A DNA stretch of 64,000 nucleotides from Basidiobolus meristosporus CBS 931.73 (lineage: Eukaryota > Fungi > Basidiobolomycota), in assembly GCA_002104905.1 (NCBI GenBank), contig MCFE01000012.1, positions 124,001 to 188,000 on the forward strand. The letters run 5' to 3'. Below the pieces are notes generated by a model. It saw nothing but the letters and a program-made list of their open reading frames with translations. It was not told the origin of the DNA and did no database searches. Made by a program: the position numbers and the translations under genes. Positions 35,946 to 50,268 of the stretch are shown one piece after another (the first letter of the stretch is position 1; each line of letters opens with the position of its first letter).

Positions 35946-38900
35946 TACCTGTTCTGCTGTTTTCTCCTGTATATGACTTTCATCTGTAATTACCTGCCAA
36001 TTTGCTGATTCTCTCTATATATCCAAATGTATGCTCTACTCTCACTCTAAAACAATTAAATATCTCATTGTGGAGCTTCTGCTTCCTGCTAAGCACACCA
36101 TTCCTTGGCTTCCTATAAGCTGTAATACACCGTAATCTCTGATAATCCTCTCCTATATAAGCCAAGTCCGCCATATATTTCTCCCCTCTACTGAATCCTG
36201 GATGAGTCTCTAACCAGAGTGCTTTGTCATGCCTACTTCCAGCAAATAGCTCACTAAACCAGGTGATGTTACCATCAATGACAGACAGTGCTTAAAGCTT
36301 CATACAGTATGCCTTGTCCTTGCCAGAACAAAAGTGCCTCTGCCCTCTAGAAGGTCTGTTAATCCTGACTGGGAAGGTATCCAAACTACTACTGATATAT
36401 AACCTGTTGCTGAGCACTCTGGGCTATAGAAGTCTATTGGAGCTTCTGAACTTAGTATTCCAAGCTTGCTTTAAGTCAACCATACCCTCTGCATGGTGGT
36501 TCCCCATTGCTGTCAGCTAGGAATGAAAGCCTTTAGGACTTCAGTTGCCATGAATGGTGGGATGAAGCTTTGTAGGACAATAGTTCTTGTAATAGCAGAG
36601 AAGCTTAACCAGTGATCTCCTTGAGTAGATTAGAGTAGATGGTCCACAGTACTTGGTGTTAATCTTCTAATGTGCTAAAAGGAGATCCAATAGTGGTGAT
36701 GAGATTGATCAGAAAGGCCCATTTGGATGAGTAAGTCATATCAAAATTGGTTAGTGATTATGTAGAGGTGGTATGAACTGATTTGGTGCAATCAGCTTAA
36801 TTTATCTGCTTTTCCATGCATAACAATTAAATCTACATCAATTGCATGTATCCAATCATTATGTTGCTAAAACTATCCTTGAACAATGATTTAGGGACTT
36901 TGCTGATGATTTACTCACAGGTCTATAATCAGATGGAAATCTGCAATTGGCATGATCCAATCTGTGTCAATGCATTCCAAGATGCATTGTGCATAATATA
37001 TGAAAATTTAACAATCACATTAGTTTACACATTTCTTTATATCAGACTAGGTTGACACCAAAACACAACTGTTTAAGTACCCAAATCCATATCTGTGATC
37101 CCTATACCAAGTCTCAACTCTTCTTTAGTACAACTCACAAAAAACCCATCCCCAGCTCACAAGCATGATCCAGACCAGGGAAGTCAATATTGGATCTGTT
37201 TGAGCTCTTGCCAAATGAGTATAGTATGGCCCAAGTGTTCATGATGAGCCTTTGTACACAACTGGGGCACTACTCATTAATCTAGCAGAACTAGATACCT
37301 CAGAAAGTCAACAGAGATGGAAGAACCAGAGTAGAAAGCTGTGGCATGAGTTCTACATCAAGACAGCAGCAGATGTATGTAAGAAGATATATAACAAGAC
37401 AAGTATTGAAATTAAGAATGAGCTGAGAGTGAGGGGATTTTTTGAGGAAGCAGTGCAGGAGCAATTTTGCGCACAAATTGCTGAGTACAGGCTGGATGTA
37501 TCCATGCCTCAGCTTTGGGAACCACAGCAATTTTGATTGAGTTTTTGCCTCAATTGACAAATGTACTACATGATATATTAGTAGAGCTAAGTGGCTTCCA
37601 AGAGCAATATTCACAGGACTCATACAGGCAATGGTTCAACAGTATCAGAGAGAGGGTAGTTAATACCTTGAGGAATTGGAAGGTGCACTTTAAGAGGAAA
37701 ACACAGACCATAAGTAACCGCATCCAAATTGCACCAGCCTGCCTTACTGTAATCCTTTCCATCTCTTACAACTTCAGTGTGCCAGAGCATGCCAGTCCAA
37801 GCTACACTAACACCCTTCACAACAGCGCCCTGCATCAAGTCAACCTGTGCCAGGTTAACTTGCATGCTTCAGAGCAAAACCACCAGAACTTGCCAAGCTG
37901 CTCATTTAGACACATGTCCATTGGAGCAGGCCTGGTTGCATCAACAAGCAGCATCATATTGAACTCAGCTAAGTGCCAGGCCAGCACATCAAGTTGCATC
38001 TGCATGTGCAATTACACCTGACCATCAGCATGTTACATCTGGTGAACTGACTGATGATGGCCCACATGAAGTGCCTCCACCACCAGAGCCTTTGGCAAGT
38101 AAAAGAACATGTCAGCACACAGCACTGCAGGCTGGCTCAGTAGCATCATCCAGAGCAACTAAGCACAGCCAAGCTGCATCATTACACTCATCAGCTAGGA
38201 GGCAAAATACTGACTACAAATACACAAGTAGTCAAGATGATAGTCAATACAGAAGTAGTTTAGGTGTGCAAGGTGAATCACAACCAAATGCCTCAGTAGT
38301 TATCCCAGTGAGAAAAAACCTAGGAGAAGATGATGCAATTGCATTGAATAGACTTGTTCCATTGTGCCATTGATCATAGTGCCAAATAGTGCTGTATATT
38401 CTGTTATTAATTTGATATTTTAGGGTCATATGCATGTCAATTTTGATCCCAAATTGGTACTGTATGGCACCATCTGGCACTCTGTGGCATGATCAGGCAC
38501 CATCTGGTATGCTATGGCACTATTGGGCACCATGATCAGCTGGAATGATGGAACAAGTCTACTTACTATTATTTGTCATGATCCAACCAACAAATTTTTC
38601 TTTACAATTTGAATCAAGCCATTGCAAATCAGTGATCACTTAATTTTTGATATAAGTGAAATCAAGGTTGTCTCACATCTGAGACAGAACCCTTTAAGTA
38701 AACACCCTGCATATATATACATCATCCGTAACACCAGTGTGGCCATTTGATCTGTTGTGCACCTATCCAATTGGTTGTGTGCTAGCTATGACACCTTGTC
38801 CAATCACTAGGATCAGGGATTAACTTGCTCAATGAGCAAAAGGGGATATTTGATGGCAAATCAGGTAGCTTGTGTATTGGCCAAAGAGCCAATTGGTGGC

Positions 38901-39290
38901 TGACAGCTTCAGGATACTTTTAGACCAGTTAACTACTGAGATTCCACCCAATTGAAGTGATGGTAACCAAAATGGTAAGTATCAGTGTGGTTTATAGTGC
39001 AACATGCATTTATTTCCATTTATTATAACGGAACATATCCAAATACCAGATTTTACCTACCATATTAGCAGTATTCAATTATACACATGGTACTAACATC
39101 ACAAGTTGGCGCAATCATTGGTGCTAACCTCATTGTGTCAGATTGTGCCACAGTGTGCAAGATTGTCCCACATGGTACAGCATTGTCCAAGAGCCATCCT
39201 GCATACTGGTAGCTCTGCTATTGGGCCCAATTATTTGTAGAGACTACATATTGCACTGCATGCCCTAGCATGGTGCAATGAAGCAAGTCT
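35946..39290 (-). mobile_element. Harbinger/ISL2-like copy B (inverted, more decayed, 3-prime end cut by the CMC element)
   Basis: Transposase 36739-35946 (MTYSSKW...MADLAYIGEDYQRLRCITAYRKPRNG), ORF2 at 37020-38330 on the plus strand, degenerate TIR AAGCAAGTCT at 39281-39290. Confidence 0.85.
38350..38560. mobile_element. MITE (211 bp) of the AGACTTGTTC family
   Basis: TIRs AGACTTGTTCCAT / ATGGAACAAGTCT with flanks AAT and ACT. The empty site is visible in copy E (reverse complement of ~48475-48500). The interior is packed with GTGCCA/TGGCAC motifs. Confidence 0.88.
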
Positions 39291-40360
39291 AGAGGGTAAG
39301 TGAGGACCTTCATGTATTGAAAGGTGAACTTCAAGAAGAAGAATATAGACCACAAGCAGCTGCATCAAAATTGCACCAGCACTTCTTGTTGGATTCCTTA
39401 CCATGCTCTGCAATGTTGGCATGCCAGAGCACCTCAGTCCAAGCTACACCAACACCCCTGACAAGAGCACTTGCATCAAGTCAATGTGCATCAGCTCAAC
39501 ATCCATGGCTCAGAGAAAAACTACTGGAACTTACCAAACTGCTCACATGGAATATGTCCATTGGAGCAGGCCAAGTTGCACCAACATGTAACATCACATT
39601 GAACTCAGCCAAGGGCTATGCCAATGCATCAAGTCATGCCTGTGCATGCCAGCACACCTGAACATCAGCAAGTTACCTCTGGTGAGCTGACTGACAATGA
39701 CCTACATGAAGTGCCTCCATCACCAGAGCCTTTGGCAAGTAACAGACTGTGTCAGCACATGGTACTTCAGGCTGGTGCTGTTACATTGTCTGGAGCAATT
39801 CAGCACAGTCAAGCTATAGCTTTGCACTCATCAACTAGGAGGCATGATAATGCCTACAAATACACAAGTAGCTAAGATAATAGTTGACAAGGGAGTAGTT
39901 GAGGCATGCAAAGTGGATCACTACCAAATGTTGCAGTAGTAGTCCCTGTGAGAAAAAAACCTAGACAATGATGATGCAAATGCATTTAATTGTTAGCATC
40001 TGTCATGATCCAAATAACTCATTTTTTCGCCATCTAAGTCAAGCCATTGCCAATCTGCAACCACTAAATATTTGTTTCAAGCAATATCAAGGTTGTCTCA
40101 CATCTGAGACAGAACCCTATTATAAGCACCCTGCATATGTTTACATCATTGGTAACACCAATGCAGCTATCTAAACTAATCTACACCTACACAATCAGCT
40201 GCAAGCTTGCTATGACACCCTGTCCAATCACTAAGATCAGCAACTTATTTGCTCAAAGGGCAAAATGAGATATGTGATGGCAAATCAGGTAGCTTGTGTA
40301 TTGGTTGATGAGTCAATTGGGGTTAAGAGCTTCAGAATACTTTTAGGCCAATCAGCCATT
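39291..40360 (-). mobile_element. Harbinger/ISL2-like fragment D (ORF2 3-prime part and subterminal region)
   Basis: Colinear with 37650-38930 but more diverged; no transposase. Confidence 0.75.
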
Positions 40361-40389
40361 GACATGTCTTCCAATTGGAGTGATGGTAA

Positions 40390-43240
40390 CCAAAATTTTC
40401 TCCAAAGATACCCCCTGTCTTAAGTTTCTATGGTTTCCAATTAATTCCATATTCCAACCAATGGCTCATAGCTTGTTAACTTTGCTGCAATTGCAAGCTG
40501 ACTTCTGTACATTCTTGTTGTTGAAAGATGATATGCTTAGTGTTGGTATATAGGTAATAATAATGTGTGTGAGTTATGGAGTAGGTCCACTGGATCTCAC
40601 ACATTTAACACCAATACCATCCATTGTGCCCAGAAAAGCTGGCTATCTTGCTGATGTCTGGGTTATCTCCAATGCAGATAATAATATGCACTTTGAGATG
40701 ATAGCCATTTACTATTATCCAACTGGAAAACATACCAAATTCATCCAGCAATGGATACAGGTAGCTTTCTAAATTGGATGGTGATTTAGACCCAGATACC
40801 AGTGAGGCCAACATGAGATTTCTGGTCTGACACTGTCAGATAGACAACAGATTCAGTTTGATGAGAATCAGTGGCTGGTAGGATTTGCTGTCAGAGTACT
40901 TGTGCACTGACAATCCATCAAGTGCCAAGGCAAAAGCACTGTCATACATACCTTCATAGTGGCTATTGATTCTAAGCTGTTTGTAATGTTTGCCATCAAA
41001 TATGTTGGATGTGTTTGCACTTGATTGATACTGAGTACACTACTTTATAGCTTTACAATACTTGTGGGACAGCATGAGCTTCCTTAGATGAGGAGTTACC
41101 AGAATATATCTGGAGTGTGATCAATGCTTTTCCCCAATAGTAGCAGATTCCTGCCACAATAGCCAGATGGTCTTTTTTCTCTTCTCTTAAAGCATTGATT
41201 CCAAGTTGTCTTATCCATGGGGCAAACAGTTTGATTTTCAATAACATAATGCTATTATATCACTTTTTGGTCAATACTTATGTGAACTTAAGACAGTCTT
41301 GTATTTGAGACATTCCACCTACATGGTTGCAAGATTCAGTGATAACCTGCCATAGTAAGCATCACAAATAAATATGTGGCACCACAAGCACACATATATG
41401 CAGCACCATTCCCCCTTTGGTTTGGCTCACTTCTATAGTTATGCTACCAAAAAATTATCCAAAGTTGTCTGGTTCCAAACTAAACCCCCCTCCTGACAGC
41501 AGCCAAAGAATGGTTGGGCTGCAGCTATCTTTGACATTTGGAGCAGCAAGCACAGCTACAACCAAAAAGACCCTGTGGACAGTGTGCCTACTGAAGGTAA
41601 AAATGTGGACTCCTCAGCCTCTCAGCCATGTAAACAATTAGGAATATCTGTGGAGCAGCATACTGACCATAGTGCTAAGGCAGATTAGAATGTAGCAACA
41701 GTAGTACCCTCAGCTGAAAATCAGCAAGTGACCATCATAGCTTCAACACCACCTGTATTAGCAAGTATCTTTTACAGCTTGTACCAAAGCATTAATGGTG
41801 CAATTAGGTGCAATGGCTTATAGGATAGATGCAATGGCCCAGAGAAATCAGGAAATCCTCCAAAAACAGGATTAGCAGATCATATATGTAGAGTTATCAA
41901 TATCCTGGGTAGAGAAAGCAATTTCTTTGCTGCAAAGAAGGAGCTCTAGTGCTCAAAGTCACATCCAAGAACTGAGCCATTTCCCAATGTCACAGCTGAG
42001 GAACATTGCACTGTCCTTGAAGCACAACAACAGTGCCCAAAGATTAAGTCCACAGAAAAAACTATCACAGCATGGGAGGGGGACAATGTGGTGCTTATAC
42101 CATAGCCTAAAAATCAAAAGACATTGAAGATCCATGAAGCCATTGAGTGCAAAACTGAAGAGTGGGCTAATATTCAAGAGGATGCAATGTCCCAGACAAA
42201 TCAGAAAATAGTCCAGAAACAGGATCAGTGGATAACAGGTGTAAAGCCATTAATATCCCAGTTAGAGAAAGTAGTATCTCTGCTGCAAAGAAGGAGCTCA
42301 AGTAGCTTGATGTCCAAGCCAAGGATTCAGCCATTTCCCAATGTAACAGCAGAGCAACACTGTACAGTCTTGAAAGCATTACAACTGTGAGAACAGATTA
42401 AGCACACAGAAAAACCTATCAATGCATGGGAGGGAGAAAACATGGTGTTATACCAACACCTACAAATCAAAGGACATTGAAGATGTGTGAAACTAATAGT
42501 GTAATGATGGGGAGTGGGCCAATATTCAAGAAGCTGTCAGAAGTCTGACACCATCACCTCAAGGCTAGCATACCATGGGACCATCAGGAACTCAAGGCCA
42601 AGCAAAATGTGGTTGACTTGTTCCATGAACATTATCCTGGATTCAAATGTGCATATGGAATTTGGGTCAGCATTGGTATGCTAAGAAAGTATTTTAACAA
42701 TGGCAGAAACTATCAAAGGCAGAAGAACAAGGATGCAACAACTGAAAACCAGCAGCTTCCTCAAGATACCATTACAAGCAGTGCTAAAAGCTCCAACCAA
42801 GCATCAGAGAGACATTATGCTGCTGGAAGAGTGCCAGTAAGAGATTAGCAGGCAGATACATATACACCAGCACAACATTTCTCCAGGGAAAGTGCAGTTC
42901 TACTCAGGAAGCACTCAGTCAAAGTAGCAGTAGAGGACTTGGCAGTGAAAAAAAATAAGCAGCTACCACAGGAGCCTTTCAATGCATGGGTTGAGAGCTT
43001 GAAACAGGCAAGAAAGAAACATCTGGTTGCCTGTAGAGTGCCAGCAATGGACAGGCAGGTCAAAACAGATGCACCAGAGTAGAGCTTATCATGGTGAAAA
43101 TGTAGTTCAATACAAGAAGCATGCAGACAAAGTAGCAGTGAAAGACCTGGAGTGATAAACAAAAAGGTAAAGGGGAAATAGTCTACCCAGGCCAGAGACA
43201 GGAAAGCATCACAAAAAACTGCTGTTCTTGCCACTTAACA
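40390..43240 (-). mobile_element. CMC/EnSpm fragment: transposase pieces (minus) head-to-head with accessory ORF remnant (plus, ~41380-43240)
   Basis: 40390-41030 is the reverse complement of the 33950-34600 transposase core. 41040-41330 matches 57600-57850. 41380-43240 matches the reverse complement of 50880-52680 (VDLFHEHYPGFKCAYGIWVSIGMLRKYFNNGRNY). Confidence 0.75.
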
Positions 43241-43339
43241 GATCTAACTGGCCAGTACATCTAATAGTCTTCTATGGCAAGAAACATGATGGTGTTTTGA
43301 CAGCCTCATTGCAAGACTTTCATAGCATTATTACAGCAG

Positions 43340-43786
43340 CATGGTGGCCCAGAGATAGTTCTGTATGAACTACCATAACTTAGCTTACTGTCCTACAGAT
43401 GAAATGATTGCAGACATATATACCAAACCATTAGCTATAGACAAGCTTGAATATCTTCAGTCAAAATTAGGACTAGTCAATATGAACATTTAGTTAAGTG
43501 CAAGAGTTGTAAATATTTTTAATTCCACCCAAATTCTCACCTTACTTAGTCACTTATATCTTTACCTCCTATTCCTAGAGAATATTGACCAAGTACTTAT
43601 TGGGCTTTATGTAGAATATATTCACCAAAATATCAGGTCCCCAGAACATGAAAATTCTCCAAGTTGTACCAAGAGCCCCAAACTTTGTACACAAGCTCTT
43701 GGGACCTTCCTAAACCAATTCTATGTCAGTGTTATGCCAAAGTTATATAAAAGTATAAATATTACTGTTACATTCAACAAATAATT
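43340..43786 (+). mobile_element. Copia 3-prime end (RNase H tail, PPT and partial LTR), same family as copia-1
   Basis: YCPTDEMIADIYTKPLA...KLGL, then an LTR from ~43509 matching the reverse complement of 20300-20612. Confidence 0.8.
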
Positions 43787-44758
43787 AGGCTGGTTCCCTT
43801 GGATGATACAACATTGAGCCCCTATCATCAAGCAAAGTAGCCCTTGTGTTTTACCTGTTGCACTGGTGAGAGCCCATTTTGTGATCTTTTTTTTAGATCA
43901 ATATTGTGGAGGATGTGTAAGAGGACAGAAGAACAGAAGACATGCATTTGGTACTCATTACCCATGACACCCTGAATCAGGCTCCTATAGCCTGTAACAT
44001 GTCACAAAAACGCATGGCACTATCTAGCACAATATTTAAATATAAGCTGCAAAGTAAAACCTATACAAAACACATGTAGTGCCAGATGGTGCCAGTGTAC
44101 CAAGATAGTGCCACACATTTTTGTAACATGTTACAAGATACAGGAGCTTGATTCAGGGTACCATGGGTAATGAGTACCAGATGCATGTCTTCTGTTCTTC
44201 TGTCCTCTTACACATCCTCCACAACATTGCTCTATGAAAAAGGTCAATAAAGAGATTTTCCTTAGTACAACAGGTCAAACACAGAGGCTGCTTTGAATGA
44301 AGCCAAAGAGCTATGTTTCATACTCTGTGGCCAAGTATATGTCACTTGGCCTCCCAGGCACACTGTGGCATCATTTAGCATTGATGGCTCAATGTGGCAC
44401 ACATCTAGCTTTACATGAAATGAAGCTGCTCAAATCCCGCACAAACTCTTTGCATAAAAGCTGTAGATGTGTCACATTAGCATGGGTGATCTGCTTCTGG
44501 ATAAGTACTCCTGCAATGTCCAAATATGGCTCCCTATGCTTCCAATGTACCTTTAATAGAAAGGGCTTCAGAAGGCCACTTTAATAAATACATATCCAGT
44601 TCATCCAGTCCTTGCACTTGTATGGTGTCATATGCATATGAATGCTGATTGAAACCAATGAAAAGTACATAGAGTAGCTCATAATCTGTAATATCTTGCC
44701 AATTCTTTCAGACTTCTCTGGCCTATATACTATGGCCTATCTACTATGGAACAAGTCT
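43787..44758. mobile_element. Second foldback derivative, with an internal CMC transposase fragment
   Basis: ATT|AGGCTGGTTCCCTTGGAT (degenerate TIR) ... GGAACAAGTCT|ATT. Inverted arms ~43820-44400 match 32900-33480. 44480-44720 is the reverse complement of CMC transposase 34700-34930. Confidence 0.6.
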
Positions 44759-47240
44759 ATTGCACCTAAATCAATGTAAGATTCAATAATGCCCTGCCAT
44801 AGTAGGCATTATAAATTATGTTGTAGCACCATATACACACATATATGTAACGCCATTTCCCCTTGGATTTGTTATGCTTCATATATAAGCTGCCAAAAAA
44901 TAAAATAATACTGTTGGGTTCCCAACCAAACCCTACAGCTGAAGGCAGTTTGCCTGGCACGCATTGCAACAAGTGGGGCTGCATTTAAAAGCTGCTATGT
45001 TAGGCAGTATGCATATTGAAGGTAAAAATGTGGACTGTTTAGGCTCTGAACCAAGTTTGCAACTTGTAATCACTGTGAAGCTGCAAGCTGACTAATGCTC
45101 AGGCAGATGAGAATGCTGCTAAAAGAGTTTCTGAGGTGAGAGAGCAGCAAATGATCATCAAAGCATCCACACTACAAGTAATAGCCAGTATGTTGTCAGC
45201 TCATACCAAAGGTTTCACAAGGTAATTAGGTGCAGTGGCTAATGAAAATAATGTAATAGCCCAGAGAATTCAGGATGTAGTCCAGACACAGAATGAGTAG
45301 TTAATATGACTAGAGTATTCACTACTCAAGGTGGAAACACAGTGTCTTTGTTGCAAAGAAGGAGCTGAAGTACCTAAATATCTCAGCCAAGAATTGAGAC
45401 ACTTGGTAAAGTAACATCTGAGGAATACTCTAAAGACTCTGAAGCACAAGAGCAATGCCCAATGATATAGACAACACAAAAACCTATCATAGTACCTCTA
45501 TGATGAATAACTTAGTCCTGCAGGTGGAGCCAATATGGATCAGCCATCAGGATCCCAAAATGAGTCAGCCACATCACCAGCAGCTTAAAGTTATTGACCA
45601 TCCACACAATCTTATATTAGGATTATGATAGCATTTTGCTGGGTTTACTGTCAAATAGAGTAAGAAGTCTGATAGTGTTTAAGTGGTCATTTAACATAAA
45701 TTGAATGGCATTCTAGCAGTCTTGATGCACTCTGTATGAATATTGAGCAGACATAGCTGGCCATTACATTCACCTGCCTTAAATGACAAGAAACTTGACA
45801 GTGCTCTGGCAGCCTCTTTGCAAACCTTGGGTGGCATTATTGTGGCAGTACAGATGATTACCAATAGCTTTATATAATGCTATTATATTGATTCACAAAA
45901 TGGTATTCCCTTTCTCTACCTCCCCTTATACCATTTCCATATTTCACTGTAGAATCACCCCTGTTTATTTGCTTACCCACCGCTACCTTGGGTATTCCAC
46001 ATAGAGCTCAAAAAAAAAATATGGCTGCCTGCTTACCAACCTATACATACATGCCCATTCACTGCAATTGACACACATCTATTACCTCAGCTTTATGGCT
46101 TTTTAGTGTGATACAAGTAAAGTTGCTATACACTTTGTATTACTGGTAATATTATATCTTGCAAAAAGATGCTTGTTTACTGCCACTTTTGCCATGAATA
46201 ACTCCAGAGTATCTGCAATAGGCTTCTTGGTATATAGCCCATATATTTTGTCCCCTGCTGAGTGCTAGTCCTCCTTATAGGTGTGCTCTGGCTCTTATTT
46301 GTGGAAATTCCATATTAAATGGCAGAGAAGTTGGCATATTACCAGGAGAACCCAGGATACTTTGGTAAAGTTGTCCTGATAAAAATAATTTGTGTGCTGC
46401 ACCCAACACAGCTTTGCATTACTTAACTGATTACCCTCATAATGGGGCTACTTAGCTTCTTAATGCCAAAGGCATAGGTGTCTCCATGTGCACAGTTATC
46501 CTCAGTATATTCCAAATCTTTCATGCTATCCTTCATGTGCCAACCTGTCACATTCACAATGGACTTGAAGTTAATATTCTTAATGAGATTAGGATATGGT
46601 AATACCTGCAGCTTGACTTGTCCTCCTATCTCCTCATGCATCTGCTCCATAGGAAGCTCCCAAGAGGTGAAACCTAGGGTACTAAGAAGCTAAGTTGGCT
46701 CAATGCATGGGTAAACAGCTATGTAATCCAAAGTAGGGTTTGGTGCCACCAGCAACCAAGTTTTATCATAAAAACACTACCAAAGTGTGCTGGGTTTCTC
46801 TTGGTTGCAAACCAATTTCTGCTCCATTCAATACAAAATTCACATAAACAAGAGCCAGCACACTCCTATAAGGGGGACTAGAACTCTGTAGGGAGAGGGA
46901 ACATATTGGCCAAATACCAAAAAGTTCTTTGTGGATAGCTAGTAGGTATTCAAGCCAGAAATGAGTGCAGCCAAGCATAGGCCTGCAAGATGTATATGTT
47001 TAGCAATACAAGGTATAAGGCAACTTTGCTAGTATCACACTAAGAGTCATAAAGTTAAGGTGAGATGAGTATGTCAATTGGGGAGGTGTGTGCATTTGTA
47101 GAGGGTAGAAAGCAGGAGGCCATAGATTTTTTTGGCTCAAACTACAAGTGGGGTACTCAAGGTAGGAGTGGGTAGGCAAATAAAGAGGGGCAATTCTACA
47201 GTGGATATATATGAATTGCATAAGGGGAGGTGTAGTTTTG
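44759..47240. mobile_element. Scrambled CMC/EnSpm fragments (accessory ORF start, 3-prime terminal region, transposase C-terminus)
   Basis: 44840-45500 matches 41350-42120. 45500-46080 is the reverse complement of ~61320-62050. 46080-46700 is the reverse complement of the transposase C-terminus. 46790-47240 matches ~61070-61630. Confidence 0.7.
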
Positions 47241-48056
47241 CCCTTGGAAAATATTTGGAATGATTGCATCAACAGGCTATCTCAGATTCAAAGTCCTATG
47301 ACTCAGAGGTACTAATTTTGGAAAATAATTGCACCCCAGTTTTCACAAAAAACTTAGTCAAAACTTTTCATTACAACATCAGACTTGTTCCATTTCACTG
47401 TGCAAGAACACACAGTGCAATCTGCAGTCTCTAAGACTAATTGGGTGCAATATTGTAGCTATCAGCAGGCAGGATTGCTCTTCGACAATCTTGCACCATG
47501 TGGGACAATCTTGCACACTATGGCACAATCTGACACAATGAGGTTGGCACAAATGATTGCGCTAACTTGTAATGCTTTCATCATGTGCGCAATAGAATAC
47601 CTCTATCATGGTAGGTGAAATTGTGTATTTAGATATGTTTCTTGAATGTAAATGAAAATAAATGCATATCAAACTATAAACTACGCTGATACTTGCCATT
47701 TTGGCTATCATTGCTCTAATTGGGTGGTATTTCAGTGGCTGATTGGTCCAAAAGTATCCTAAAGTGGTCAGCCCCCAATTGGCTCCTTGATCAATACACA
47801 AGCTGCCTGATTTGCCATCAAATATCCCATTTTGCCCATTGAGCAAGTGAATCCCTGATCCTAGTGATTGAACAAGGTGTCATAGCTAGAATGCAACCAA
47901 TCATATAGGTGCAAATCAGATCAAATGGCTGCACTGGTGTCACAGACAATGTATACTTATGCAGGAAGCTTATTGATAGGGGTTATGTCTCAAATGTGAG
48001 ACAACCTTAATATTGCTTATATCAAAAATGTATTGATAACTGATTTGCAATGGCAC

Positions 48057-48426
48057 TGTTGAAATATTGGACTATTTGGTATCATTCAGCAGCTAAAAAT
48101 TTACTTAACAATTCTAGACTAGTCTTAGTTACTGTAGGACTCATATACTGCCTTAACTTTGCCACTTTCTCCAGATATATGATCTTATTGATTATTCCCC
48201 TATAGTCAGGATCAAATTAGCACTATTACCAAACATTATGTACTAACCCTGAAACTGTTACAGAATGCTCCTGAATATTGAGAAACCCTCCCTACTTAGT
48301 GTTGCAGCTGTATTACATCTACAAAGGTATAAATACTGAGCTTCTTTATGAATAAACAACAGTTCAACTATTATCACTATTTCTTGATAAGTTCCTTATA
48401 TCCAAATCACTTCTTAAATTGCAACA
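48057..48426 (+). repeat. Solo LTR of the copia-2 family
   Basis: TGTTGAAATATTGG...TTGCAACA, 370 bp, homologous to 52694-53062. Perfect 5-bp TSD GGCAC on both sides. Confidence 0.95.
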
Positions 48427-48585
48427 GGCACAATGTGGATTGCAAAAAAAATGTGTTGTTTGGATCATGACAAATAATAGCAATTCAATGCAATTGTATC
48501 ATCTTCTCTTAGGTTTTTTTCTCACAGGGATTACTACTGAAGCATTTGGTAGTGATTCACTTTGCATACCTATACTACTTCCATT

Positions 48586-49085
48586 TGTAAGATATTTACT
48601 AATTATTAGGAATTAGAGAAGTACAGAATTTTAGGAAAATCTGAAACTTGTCCAAATGAGCTGAAACTTGGCACATGTACTCCTGAGACTCCCCTAATAA
48701 TGACCAAATAGTTGCATTTACGTAGTTCTGCAATAAGTATAAATACTGTGTTGCAACTCAATAAAACATAAAGTGAATATCATGTAAATCTTCTAACTCT
48801 CCAATTCACTTCCAATATATCTCTCTAATATTTCAACAGGTTATGAGCCCCAAGCTTGCTTTATCTTGGTTGTCTACTTTGCTCTAGTGCTGTGTCTTTA
48901 TTCTGGAGAAAGACCACCTGGTCTACCTGAAGTTACAAAAGACAGAAAAGTACTGCCGCTGCAGAGAACTGCTAGATGGGATATATTGATTTGGAGAGAG
49001 AGGCCTGGGCCTTTAAAGAAGACACTAAGCAAAGAAAAAGGTCATATGTCAAGGAGATCATGTTGGACAAATTTCAAAAGTTATT
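48586..49085 (+). mobile_element. Truncated copia (third family): 253-bp LTR, PBS and short internal remnant
   Basis: TGTAAG...TTCAACA at 48586-48838, followed by GGTTATGAGCCCC (half-tRNA-iMet-type PBS). Confidence 0.7.
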
Positions 49086-49423
49086 TGCTGATGGTCAGGT
49101 GTAATGGCATGCACAGAAGCAACTTGAAGTGCTTGCATGGCCCTTGGCTGAGTTTGATTTGATGCTGCTTTTTACATGACTTGGCCTGCTCCAATGGACT
49201 TGTGTCTTTGTGAGCAGTTTAACAAGTTCTGGCGGTTTTGCTCTGAAGCATGCATGTTGACTCAACATGCATTGACTCAATGCAGGGTGCTCTTGCAAAT
49301 GGTGTTGGCATAGCTTTGACTGACTGGTGCTGGCATGCTGAAGTTGCATGGTATGGTAAGGAATCCAACAAGGTGTGCTGGTGCAATCTAGATGTTGTTG
49401 CTTGTGGTCTGTATTCTTCCTCA

Positions 49424-50268
49424 AGTACTGTGGACCATCTACCCCAATCTACTCAAGGAGATCCCTTTTTAAGCTTCTCTGCTATTACAAGAACTATTGC
49501 CCTACAAGGCTTCATCCCACCATCCATGGCAACAAAAGTCCTAGAAGCTTTCAGTCCCAGCTGACAGTAATAGAGAAACACCTTGCAGAGGGTATGAATG
49601 ACTTAAAGCAAGCTTGGGGTACTAGGTTCAGAAGCTCTAATAGACTTCCATATCTCAGAGTGTTCAGCTACAGGTTCCATGTGGGGAGTATTTTGGATAC
49701 CTTCCCAGTCAGGATTAACAGTCCTTCTAGAGGGCAGTGGCACTTTTATTCTGGCAAATACAAGTCACACTGTGTGAAGATTCAGGCACTGTCTAACATT
49801 TAGGGTTACATCATCTGGTTTAGTGGGCCATTTGCTGGAAGTAGGCATAACAAAGCACTCTGGGTAGAGAATTATTCAGAATTCAGTAGAGGGGAGAAAT
49901 GTATGGCAGACTTAGCTTATATAGGAGAGGATTATCAGAGATTACGGTGTATTACAGCTTATAGGAAGCCAAGGAATAGTCTGCTTAGCAGGAAGCAGAA
50001 GCTCTACAATGAGATAATCAATCACATCAGAGTGAGGGTAGAGCCTACATTTGGATATCTAAAGAGATTTAGCATATTGGCAGGTAAATACAGAGGAAAG
50101 TCATATATAGGAGAAAATAGCAGAATAGGTAAAATAGTTAAGATACTTATGAATGCACAGTATACTCATACAAGAAGACATCCACTGAGAGAAATGTGTC
50201 TGGAGCATTATGAAGAGCAAATAAATCAAGGAAAGTACCACTCTGAGCAAATAAGTAAGATTGAGTAA
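49424..50268 (+). pseudogene. DDE_Tnp_4 transposase of copy E (N-terminally truncated, one stop)
   Basis: Nearly colinear with 31156-31953, with TAG at 49801. It reads through to ...HYEEQINQGKYHSEQISKIE*. Confidence 0.88.
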
